From the IMG/VR virus record IMGVR_UViG_3300014838_000014, positions 32,001 to 96,000 of that record: a DNA stretch of 64,000 nucleotides; one strand, written 5' to 3'. This document shows positions 29,980-37,871 of the stretch, in pieces (the stretch's first letter is position 1; every line of letters begins with the position of its first letter). A program made the translations under genes and the position numbers. The notes below the pieces were generated by a model. It searched no databases. It was not told the DNA's origin and saw only the letters and a list, made by a program, of their open reading frames with translations. The DNA comes from a virus.

Positions 29980-30547
29980 ATCACCCACGCTTACGGTTTA
30001 TACGGGACCAATGTTCTCTGCAAAGACGTCTAGGTTGTTGCTCGATCTCGAAAGGTTCAAGCACCAACACAGGAACGTCATGGCGTTCAAACCGGTGATC
30101 GACGATCGTTACAGCGACGTGGACATCGTTTCACATATGGGTTGGCGTTACCCGGCGATCGGCATAACGGAGGGTGCTGACGTCCTGAAGCTGCTTGCAG
30201 AACGAAATCATCCATCTGACGTTGTTGCCGTTGACGAAGCATTCATGGTCGTTGGCATCTCCGAGGTGCTCATCTGGTTGTATCGCACGGGCATCGACGT
30301 TGTCGTCTCGACGCTTGACTTATCCTCGACTGGGAAACCATTCAAGGAAGTTGAGAAGCTCCTACCGTGGGCCACGAGGGTCGAGAAGTGCGTTGCTGTG
30401 TGTGCAGAATGTGGTCGCGACGCGGCATACACGCATAAAAAACTGGTTTCCGGGAACGAGATTGAGATCGGTGGCGCTGAGTTGTACGAACCCAGGTGTT
30501 TGTTTCACCATGCGTTGATCTACAAGAGACCGAAGCTTGGCGAGTGA
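29972..30547 (+). CDS. tdk: Thymidine kinase
   Basis: GPMFSAKT, VDEA, CAECG, IGGAELYEPRC. Confidence 0.93.
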   Translation: MSKSPTLTVYTGPMFSAKTSRLLLDLERFKHQHRNVMAFKPVIDDRYSDVDIVSHMGWRYPAIGITEGADVLKLLAERNHPSDVVAVDEAFMVVGISEVLIWLYRTGIDVVVSTLDLSSTGKPFKEVEKLLPWATRVEKCVAVCAECGRDAAYTHKKLVSGNEIEIGGAELYEPRCLFHHALIYKRPKLGE

Positions 30548-30551
30548 TTCG

Positions 30552-30887
30552 ATGAAACCTGGCGACCTCATCGAATGGGTGTTCAAACGTAATTCTCAAC
30601 CTGTCGATGAGGATGCCGAACTCTGGTCAACGACGATGAAGCGTTGGGCTCCAATCGGCGCTCATCCCATGATGCTCATTTCGATGACAGACGAATTCTA
30701 CATGTGGTTGACCCCGAAGGGGTTGTTCCACGCGCACCCGGATGACACGCCGGTTCCGATCCCGTTAATCACATCGACTCGGGTTGTTCCGCGCGCGTGG
30801 ATGACACAGACAACTACGTGCGAACCTGGTGGCGCGAAGACAGTTATTCCACGCGACTTATCGGAGAACATCGATGAAACCAGGTGA
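30552..30887 (+). CDS. MKPGDLIEW-family protein, copy 9 (reads through two spacers)
   Basis: ...LFHAHPDDT-PVPIPLITSTR-VVPRAWMT-QTTTCEPGGAKT-VIPR... Confidence 0.8.
   Translation: MKPGDLIEWVFKRNSQPVDEDAELWSTTMKRWAPIGAHPMMLISMTDEFYMWLTPKGLFHAHPDDTPVPIPLITSTRVVPRAWMTQTTTCEPGGAKTVIPRDLSENIDETR
30721..30872 (+). CRISPR. Mini-array: 3 repeats, 2 spacers
   Basis: Repeats 30721-30749, 30782-30808 (2-nt deletion), 30842-30872 (degenerate); spacers of 32 and 33 nt. Confidence 0.8.
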
Positions 30888-31140
30888 CCTCATCGAATGG
30901 GTGTACAAATGTAATTCTAAACCTGTTCACGAGAGTGAACAAATCTGGTCAACGCCGATGCAATACTGGATTCCAGTCGGCATTCATCCTACGATCCTCA
31001 CTTCGATCACCGACGAGTTTTATGTGTGGCTGAACCCGAATGGTTTGTTCCACGCGCGCATGGACGACACGTATGCAAGGGTGGGATGGAAGACGGGCAA
31101 GGAACGGGTCGTTCCACGCGTTGTCGGAGAACATCGATGA
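30874..31140 (+). CDS. MKPGDLIEW-family protein, copy 10
   Basis: Repeats 31043-31071 and 31107-31135; 35-nt spacer. Confidence 0.85.
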   Translation: MKPGDLIEWVYKCNSKPVHESEQIWSTPMQYWIPVGIHPTILTSITDEFYVWLNPNGLFHARMDDTYARVGWKTGKERVVPRVVGEHR

Positions 31141-31397
31141 AACCAGGTGATCTAATTGAGTGGGCGTACAATCGTAATTTTCTACCCGTTCGTAAGAATG
31201 AGGAACTCTGGTCAACGCCGATGAAACGCTGGATTCCAATCGGCGTTCATCCCATGATGCTCATTTCAATCACTGACGAGTTTTGTTATTGGTTGACGCC
31301 CGATGGGTTGTTTCACGCACGCAGGGATGACACCTCTGCAATCGCCGATCCCATGACGATGCGCGCCGGTTGTTCTATATGCGTGTGGATGACATGA
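31137..31397 (+). CDS. MKPGDLIEW-family protein, copy 11
   Basis: Repeats 31306-31334 and 31368-31396; 33-nt spacer. Confidence 0.85.
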   Translation: MKPGDLIEWAYNRNFLPVRKNEELWSTPMKRWIPIGVHPMMLISITDEFCYWLTPDGLFHARRDDTSAIADPMTMRAGCSICVWMT

Positions 31398-31413
31398 GTG
31401 TCGGAGAACATCG

Positions 31414-31671
31414 ATGAAACCAGGTGACCTCATCGAATGGGTGTACAAACGTAATTCTAAACCTGTTCACGAGAGTGAACAAATCTGGTCAATGTCGATG
31501 AAGAATTGGATTCCAATCAGTGTTCGTCCCGCAGTCCTCATCTCGATCACCGACGAGTTCTACGTGTGGCTGAACCCAAATGGGTTGTTCCACGCGTGTA
31601 GGGATGACACAGGAGTCCACCACCGTGGGCTGTACAGCCGGACTCCGGTTGTTCCGCGCACGCAGGGATGA
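31414..31671 (+). CDS. MKPGDLIEW-family protein, copy 12
   Basis: Stop TGA inside repeat 2 (VVPRTQG*). Confidence 0.85.
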   Translation: MKPGDLIEWVYKRNSKPVHESEQIWSMSMKNWIPISVRPAVLISITDEFYVWLNPNGLFHACRDDTGVHHRGLYSRTPVVPRTQG

Positions 31672-31717
31672 CACGATGTTCGTGTGGCCTGTAAACGAGC
31701 GAGGAACGGTTGTTCCC
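31583..31717 (+). CRISPR. Mini-array: 2 full repeats plus 1 partial repeat, 2 spacers
   Basis: Repeats 31583-31611 and 31647-31675, partial GGTTGTTCCC at 31708; spacers of 35 nt and 32 nt. Confidence 0.8.
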
Positions 31718-31785
31718 AGTGTTGTCTGACCGATCAATTTTCACCACGAACCTGTAGTTTGAATGAATGAAGAGTAGATTAACAT

Positions 31786-32265
31786 ATGGTTTTTATTCAA
31801 GATTCTGGAGAAGAAACAATGGTTGATTGTACAAACATAGAGCGTCCTTCGTGGCCTGAAGTGTGGATGGCGCTTGCTGAGAAGATTTCTGAACGTTCAT
31901 ACGATCCACGTTTACGCGTCGGTGCGATCATCGTCAGCGTTGACAACACGTCGGTGTTGAGCGTTGGGTACAACGGAAACGCGCGAGGGTTACCAAACGT
32001 GCCTGAATCTTCTGAACCAGGAAAAAGTGGGTTTTTGCACTCTGAGCTGAATGCGTGCATAAAAGCCGACTATCATTTCTTGGGTGAGAAGGTCATGTAC
32101 TGCACGCATTCAACGTGTAGGGATTGTGCTCGAATACTCATCAACTTTGGAATTTCGAGGTTTGTGTACAAAACGAAGTACCGCGATGCGTCAGGCCTCG
32201 ACCTGTTGACTCAAGGTGGTATTGAAGTTATGAGCCTTGATGATGCAGTACTTAAAGCACGATGA
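31786..32265 (+). CDS. dCMP deaminase family protein
   Basis: VGAIIV, GYNG, HSELNA, TCRDC. Confidence 0.88.
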   Translation: MVFIQDSGEETMVDCTNIERPSWPEVWMALAEKISERSYDPRLRVGAIIVSVDNTSVLSVGYNGNARGLPNVPESSEPGKSGFLHSELNACIKADYHFLGEKVMYCTHSTCRDCARILINFGISRFVYKTKYRDASGLDLLTQGGIEVMSLDDAVLKAR

Positions 32266-32546
32266 AGAAATTGCAGGAAATCGACGTGATTCGTGTGATG
32301 CGTGAGGAATGGAAGCTACGTGTTGATGCAGTTCGTGAAGCCGTTGACGTTGTCGCAAACGCTTGCGTTGGTGATGCAGGTGAACTTCCCGTTTTAACGC
32401 CTGGTCTCAAGGTACGACACAAGGATTCGCAGATACGTTACACGATTCACTCGATCGGTCCACGCGATGTCATTCTGAAGACGCCTGAAGGCGAGAAGTT
32501 CCTCGTTGATTCAGGAACGTTGGAAAACGAATATCAACTTGATTGA
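32262..32546 (+). CDS. Hypothetical protein (leader-like N-terminus, SH3-like C-terminus)
   Basis: GTACTTA 7 nt upstream; PGLKVRHKDS. Confidence 0.65.
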   Translation: MKKLQEIDVIRVMREEWKLRVDAVREAVDVVANACVGDAGELPVLTPGLKVRHKDSQIRYTIHSIGPRDVILKTPEGEKFLVDSGTLENEYQLD

Positions 32547-32548
32547 TG

Positions 32549-32806
32549 CTACTCGAGATCGCCGATCTCTGGATCCCACACTTCGGTGTCGTCTACAACG
32601 ATCGCTAGGTCACCATCGCGTGTGTTTAAGTCAGCTCTGACATTGTCACCCGTAGGATACCTCGTGTCACGTTTCTTGAACGTTACGAGCTTACGAATCA
32701 CGGGTTTGCCATCATCATCGTCTCGACGTATGATGCTCTGATCGAGCGCGCCACCCATTGCTTCGATGTATTCTAAAATGCATTGCTTGAGCAATTTGGT
32801 CGACAT
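32549..32806 (-). CDS. Hypothetical protein with leader motif
   Basis: MSTKLLKQCILEYIE; ATATGTA 7 nt upstream; DTRYPTG...EVWDP. Confidence 0.6.
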   Translation of the reverse strand: MSTKLLKQCILEYIEAMGGALDQSIIRRDDDDGKPVIRKLVTFKKRDTRYPTGDNVRADLNTRDGDLAIVVDDTEVWDPEIGDLE

Positions 32807-32848
32807 GTACTAGTACATATACGTCATCGAACGGGATATGTACTGAAC

Positions 32849-33550
32849 ATGAACAGTTCGTTGCTCGGAGTTAATATCATGGATATCATAAAGAAGTCAG
32901 TTGACAGGGACATCGGTGAACTTGGCGTGTTCGACGAGGCCTACGTTGCGACACCAAAACCATACTCGCAGGTGTCGGAGTTCGTGTCGCAGAAAACAAA
33001 GGACGCTCACACAGCATTATATAAGGGGTACGTTGACACGTTGAACAGGGTTTCAGCGGAGCTAGACACCGCTCAAAGGTCTGACGCAGACAGCAAGCAC
33101 AGCGAGTTCAGGAGCCTGAAGCTCGATGAAGCGTACAACTTAAACAGCGTTTGGTTGCACGAACTGTACTTTTCCAACGTTTTTGATTGTCATTCTGAAG
33201 TATACATGAATTCACAAGCATACATTAAACTTGAGAAGGATTTCGGTACGTTCGAGGACTGGCAGAAGGATTTCATCGGTTGTGCACTCGGTTGTGGTCA
33301 GGGATGGGCCGTGTGCGGTTACCACATGTTTTTGAAGCGATACGTCAACGCGATGGTTAGCAATCACAGCCAGGACGTGATGATTGGTCTGTACCCGCTG
33401 ATAGTTCTTGATCTTCACGAACACGCGTACTTTAAAGATTATCAAACCGATAAGAAATCGTACGTGATCGCAATGATGAAGGAACTCAATTGGAACATCA
33501 TTGAGGATCGATTCAAAAAAGCGGGTGAATTGAACGAGGTTGTGAAGTAA
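32849..33550 (+). CDS. Fe/Mn superoxide dismutase
   Basis: Metal ligands H(TALYKGYV), H(ELYF), D.HEHAY; GQGW. Confidence 0.88.
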   Translation: MNSSLLGVNIMDIIKKSVDRDIGELGVFDEAYVATPKPYSQVSEFVSQKTKDAHTALYKGYVDTLNRVSAELDTAQRSDADSKHSEFRSLKLDEAYNLNSVWLHELYFSNVFDCHSEVYMNSQAYIKLEKDFGTFEDWQKDFIGCALGCGQGWAVCGYHMFLKRYVNAMVSNHSQDVMIGLYPLIVLDLHEHAYFKDYQTDKKSYVIAMMKELNWNIIEDRFKKAGELNEVVK

Positions 33551-33559
33551 AATTGTTAC

Positions 33560-34378
33560 ATGATCCTTGCAACGTTGGATGTACCATTTAAACGTGGTAA
33601 GTGTTTCAAGTTACAATTAGTTTTACGATGCGATCATTGTAATAAAGTCTTTTTATGTAAGAAACTCATAAAAGGTAAATTACGAAATAAATTTCATTTT
33701 TGTTCTAGAAATTGTCTTCTAACATCGATGTCAAGGGGTGGTTTGTTTCGTAAGCAAATTGGCGATTCTTCTGAGGAAAAATACGGTAGCAGAACGCCAT
33801 TTCAATCATCAAAAATACTCAATCAAATAAAACAAACGCTCGAACGAAAATACGGTGTTTCTAACGCATATCAAATTAAAGAAATTAAACAAAAAGCAAT
33901 TAATTCGCTTTTAAACAATTGGGGCGCACCGACATTCATGCAATCAGCGAGATTTAAACAACTCATTAAAACTCATGCAATTCAAATAAAACGTCATGAA
34001 ACGATGAAAAGAAACGCTTCGTATGGAAAGTCTAGGTTAGAGGATCAATTTTATGAGTTGTTGTGTTGTTCGTTCGGTGAATGTAACGTTGTTAGACAGG
34101 TCGCCGTGAATCATCGTGCAATTGATTTTTACGTAAAAAGCAATGATTGTTACATCCAGTTTGATGGAAAATACTGGCACGGGTTAAGCGAATGTTATCG
34201 TGCAGATAAAGATGAACCAAAAACCCATCGCGAACAATATATGAAGTACATTTATGAGATTGATCGTTGTCAGGATGAATGGTTTAAAGCAAACAATATG
34301 TGCCTAATTAGAGTTACAGATGTGGAGTTCAAAACGATGGGTACAAACGTATTGACAAAGATTGGACTGCAAAAATGA
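33560..34378 (+). mobile_element. Putative homing endonuclease (Zn motifs, KYG repeats, Vsr/DUF559-like nuclease)
   Basis: CDHC, FCSRNC, EKYG/RKYGV, S.LE...IDFY...IQFDGKYWHG; AT-rich. Confidence 0.7.
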
Positions 34379-35028
34379 AGCTTCGCATCGCTGAGGTTCG
34401 CACGATCCTGCGCGAGGCTCGTCTAGGAAAGATTCATACGTTCAGTCGTCTGCTAAACGAGGATGGCGAGGGTGACTCGCAGTCGCACGTTGAGGGGGCA
34501 TCAGGTGAATCGCTAGACGCTCAGGTGGACAAGTACCTTGTGGAATACGAAAGCGATGCAAAGAAGAGCAGCGATGAAACCGGTGGGCCCCTGAGCACCG
34601 ATCAGATGGAGAGCATCGATTGGCGTGACCTCATCAGAGGCGTGATCACAGAGGCGGGCGAACCTGATAAGGATGATGCAACCGATCCCGATGATGCTGC
34701 TCCGGGCGCAGCTGAACTTACGAACGATGACTCAGGTTCGTTTGGTCTCGATCACATTGACGTTGAGAAGTTTGCCAACGACGTTGTCAGGTTGGTCGAT
34801 AACTACGATAGCTTGCTTGAGGTTCGTAACACGATCGTTCGTCGAGCAAAGGCATTCATCAAAAAGAACTATGACAAAGAGGTTCAGACATCGTTCGATG
34901 ATGTGCTTCGAGATGACCATGGGATAGAACCAGGTTACGATAAGGGTCAACTAGATGCCGAAAAGTACCCTGCACCCGTTGCTGACCGAGCAAACGGTAA
35001 CGCTGAATCAAGCGGCGGGGGCATGTGA
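34375..35028 (+). CDS. Acidic hypothetical protein with leader motif
   Basis: MKLRIAEVRTILRE. Confidence 0.7.
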   Translation: MKLRIAEVRTILREARLGKIHTFSRLLNEDGEGDSQSHVEGASGESLDAQVDKYLVEYESDAKKSSDETGGPLSTDQMESIDWRDLIRGVITEAGEPDKDDATDPDDAAPGAAELTNDDSGSFGLDHIDVEKFANDVVRLVDNYDSLLEVRNTIVRRAKAFIKKNYDKEVQTSFDDVLRDDHGIEPGYDKGQLDAEKYPAPVADRANGNAESSGGGM

Positions 35029-35041
35029 CAGGTGGTGATGC

Positions 35042-35389
35042 ATGCTCAATCCAGGTGCTAGAACAAAGTGCATCCACGTTAAACTCGATAGGATAACGCA
35101 CAAAGAATATAAAAAGCAGCTTCTTGAGCTTGATTCAACGATGCAGGAAGCGTTTGAAATCTTTGCTAGGTCCCTGGCCAACGGATCGTTGTCGGCGATC
35201 AACATCGTCAGAAAGGGACAGCGCGACATGCTTTTGAGCATTCTCAACGACGTTGGATTGTCGCCGCAATACATCGGTCGTGATGAGGTGAAACCACGTA
35301 GACCGTTTCTTGATAAAATTGACAGCGATAGGATGTACGATCTCATTGGAGAGTACGATAGCAAGGATGGTGATGGTGATGCACCCTGA
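35042..35389 (+). CDS. Hypothetical protein (ribbon-helix-helix-like N-terminus)
   Basis: KCIHVKLDRITHKEYK. Confidence 0.5.
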   Translation: MLNPGARTKCIHVKLDRITHKEYKKQLLELDSTMQEAFEIFARSLANGSLSAINIVRKGQRDMLLSILNDVGLSPQYIGRDEVKPRRPFLDKIDSDRMYDLIGEYDSKDGDGDAP

Positions 35390-35702
35390 TAACATCGTTA
35401 ACGTGTTGATCGACAAGTTCATTGAAACATCGAAACCCATAAAGGAATTAGCAAAGTCTATAGTAACGTGCGTTGATGAAACAAAGAAGTTGATGTCAAC
35501 GATTGTTATGCTTGTCAATACGCAACAAGTGCACAATCAAATGATCGCTATGTTGTTCAACAACCAAAAAGAAATCGTTAAAAAGCTATCTGAGGGCGCA
35601 ATTGATATGTCAATGCCTCTGCCAAAGTTAAACGACGATGATCACGTGAACGAGGATGATGCTAGCAAGGCAAGAAAGCTGGCGGAATCGAAACCTAACT
35701 AA
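35370..35702 (+). CDS. Hypothetical coiled-coil protein
   Basis: ORF in operon; start approximate. Confidence 0.5.
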   Translation: MMVMHPDNIVNVLIDKFIETSKPIKELAKSIVTCVDETKKLMSTIVMLVNTQQVHNQMIAMLFNNQKEIVKKLSEGAIDMSMPLPKLNDDDHVNEDDASKARKLAESKPN

Positions 35703-36121
35703 TGAGCTCGGGATCATATACTAACGTTGCATTTGCCGTTGTCGATGCGTTTTTCAAAAAGAACTGGAGATCTGCGCTTCTCACGGTCGTCGTTGCCGTT
35801 GCAGGTGCGTGGTTCAATCACACGCAGGCATTGAATGCTGAAACGATCGTTGACATGAATAAATCTCACCAAGCAGAGATCGATCAAATCAATAAGGCTC
35901 GCGGTGACGAGGAAGCCCAATACGAAAACGAATTGAAGAATTATCAACAACGATTGGTCTCAATACAACAAGAGTACGATGTTGCTGTGCAACAATTGCA
36001 GAAGCAAGAAACGACTGAACGAACTGACATCGTGAAGAAGTATGGTAAGGATGCAGACGGTCTCACAACGTTGCTTGCAAACAAGCTGGGGTTTGTTATA
36101 GTCACTCAGGTAAACAAGTGA
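35702..36121 (+). CDS. N-terminally anchored coiled-coil membrane protein (i-spanin-like candidate)
   Basis: TM segment followed by Q/E-rich heptads. Confidence 0.5.
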   Translation: MSSGSYTNVAFAVVDAFFKKNWRSALLTVVVAVAGAWFNHTQALNAETIVDMNKSHQAEIDQINKARGDEEAQYENELKNYQQRLVSIQQEYDVAVQQLQKQETTERTDIVKKYGKDADGLTTLLANKLGFVIVTQVNK

Positions 36122-36612
36122 TGCGATTTAAGATAACTTCCGCGTTTGTTGCAACGATGTTGATTTGTTCTGCAACTGTTTTAGCATTTGCAGATGACAA
36201 CGAAGAGTTTGCATCATCAAAACCGAACGTTCAGGTACAAACGATTCCAACGATTGCGCCCCTTAATAAGGATCAGCCAGCGCCGTTCTTGGGCGTCTTG
36301 TTATCACCTGAAGCGGTCGCAAAGATCGTTGCCGACAAGGACGTGCAGGCAAACGCAACGCAGCTCACTCTACAACATCAAGTTGATTTAGACAAAGCTA
36401 ACGTTGATTTTCAATTATCACAGCTTAAAACGACGTGTTCAACGGATAAAAGCATCATTCAAGCGCAGTTGACTGATTCTCAGAAGCAAAACGCAATCCT
36501 GATGAAGCAATTGGAGAACGTTACCGGTGGTATCAGCGCGCCGGTGTGGATTGGAATCGGAATTGTTGGTGGAATCGTTTCAACGTTGGTGATCGGCGCC
36601 ATCGTCAAGTAA
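36118..36612 (+). CDS. Exported protein with C-terminal TM anchor
   Basis: Signal peptide (AFA), PAPFLGVLL, C-terminal GxxxG TM segment. Confidence 0.55.
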   Translation: MMRFKITSAFVATMLICSATVLAFADDNEEFASSKPNVQVQTIPTIAPLNKDQPAPFLGVLLSPEAVAKIVADKDVQANATQLTLQHQVDLDKANVDFQLSQLKTTCSTDKSIIQAQLTDSQKQNAILMKQLENVTGGISAPVWIGIGIVGGIVSTLVIGAIVK

Positions 36613-36656
36613 GCTACGATGCAACCACCTAATTAACAGGTGCAGCGAGCGTATAA

Positions 36657-37844
36657 ATGACAGTGATCATCACCAATGAAAGTGCCGTTCGAGACATCGT
36701 TCGTGAGGCTTTAAACGGCACTGGTTGGAGCAATGAGACCGCGGGTGACGCTAAAATCAATCCCGTCGTTGATCCTTCGTGTGCAGCGACAGATCCCATA
36801 AACCCGAACTTTACGCCTCAATCAAAGACTGAGTTCGGCGTTGCGATGGGTCAAATGGTAAAGAACCTGCCCGACAGCGACATGCCGGCGATCTATTCGT
36901 TGGTCAAGAAAGCGTTGGATCGTCGAACTGAAAAAGAAGAGATCGATGATGCACAGAAGCAAGCAATGCTCGCCGGTAACCAAGAAGCGATAGATGATGC
37001 CGAAAAGAACGGCAAAAAGAACAACGAGGGAAAGATGTCGACGAGAAGGAACATTGAAGAAGCAATTCGTGTGCAGATTCGCAGCGAGCTAGCGAAGATG
37101 GGTTTGATCGTCGAAGCGCTGGTTGATCCCGCCGATGCAATTGCTGACGAGGATCCTGAGGAACAACCCAGATCCGTTGGTGCTCATAAATCCACGGCAA
37201 TTGGCAATATGTCAGACGTTGGTGGAGCATCATTCGAACAGATTGCCCACGAGCTCGGATTCAGCGTTGCAGGAGCAAAGCAGGCCGTTGACAAGGCGCT
37301 GCTCAAGGCGCAGTACCTCAATTCAATGGACGAAGACGATGCTGAAAACATGGTCCTCGGCGCGATGAACGATTACATCAAGATGCTATCACAAGGAATT
37401 GGCGTTGAGGATGATGAGGAACCGTTGACCGCTGCTGACGTTCAGCTCATGAAGGATCACCCCGACATAGTGATCGAGCTCGACGGTTTTCGTGAATTCC
37501 TTCACAACTACGTAAAACGTGAGATGAAGATCGATAACGCTGAACTTGGTGATGAAGCTCCTCCTCAAGTCAAGGTTCCAGTAGCAAGCGTTCCTAAGCC
37601 CGCGGCACCTGCTGGCGCCGTTCCGAGTACATTGCCTCAGCAACGTGGTCAGAAAGGTTCGTACAAAATCTACGGTCGTAAGAGCGGTCGACCTGCTCAC
37701 ACTCGTCTAAAGGGTCAGGCGTATGGTGCTCCTGATAACACGCGGTTCAAGCCAGGTGAAACCGCAGCAATATCGCCTGATAACGGAAAGCTACGAGTCA
37801 CCGCTGACGATCGCGATCAGCTGTGGGAACCGGTCGACGGTTAA
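36657..37844 (+). CDS. Hypothetical protein: leader, sigma-region-4-like HTH, C-terminal HTR.xGQAY domain
   Basis: SFEQIAHELGFSVAGAKQAVDKAL; CTAATTA at 36629-36635. Confidence 0.7.
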   Translation: MTVIITNESAVRDIVREALNGTGWSNETAGDAKINPVVDPSCAATDPINPNFTPQSKTEFGVAMGQMVKNLPDSDMPAIYSLVKKALDRRTEKEEIDDAQKQAMLAGNQEAIDDAEKNGKKNNEGKMSTRRNIEEAIRVQIRSELAKMGLIVEALVDPADAIADEDPEEQPRSVGAHKSTAIGNMSDVGGASFEQIAHELGFSVAGAKQAVDKALLKAQYLNSMDEDDAENMVLGAMNDYIKMLSQGIGVEDDEEPLTAADVQLMKDHPDIVIELDGFREFLHNYVKREMKIDNAELGDEAPPQVKVPVASVPKPAAPAGAVPSTLPQQRGQKGSYKIYGRKSGRPAHTRLKGQAYGAPDNTRFKPGETAAISPDNGKLRVTADDRDQLWEPVDG

Positions 37845-37871
37845 CGTTCGTGTTAGCGTGAACGATACTTA

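Noticed and set aside
31612-31646. Spacer with its own inverted repeat (GGAGTCC...GGACTCC) as a terminator or ncRNA
   Set aside because: Single instance inside a CDS with no U-tract; may be chance.
30552-31717. Cassettes as an integron array with attC sites
   Set aside because: The ORFs are paralogous rather than diverse, there are no RYYYAAC/GTTRRRY paired ends, and no integrase; the 29+32 periodicity fits CRISPR.
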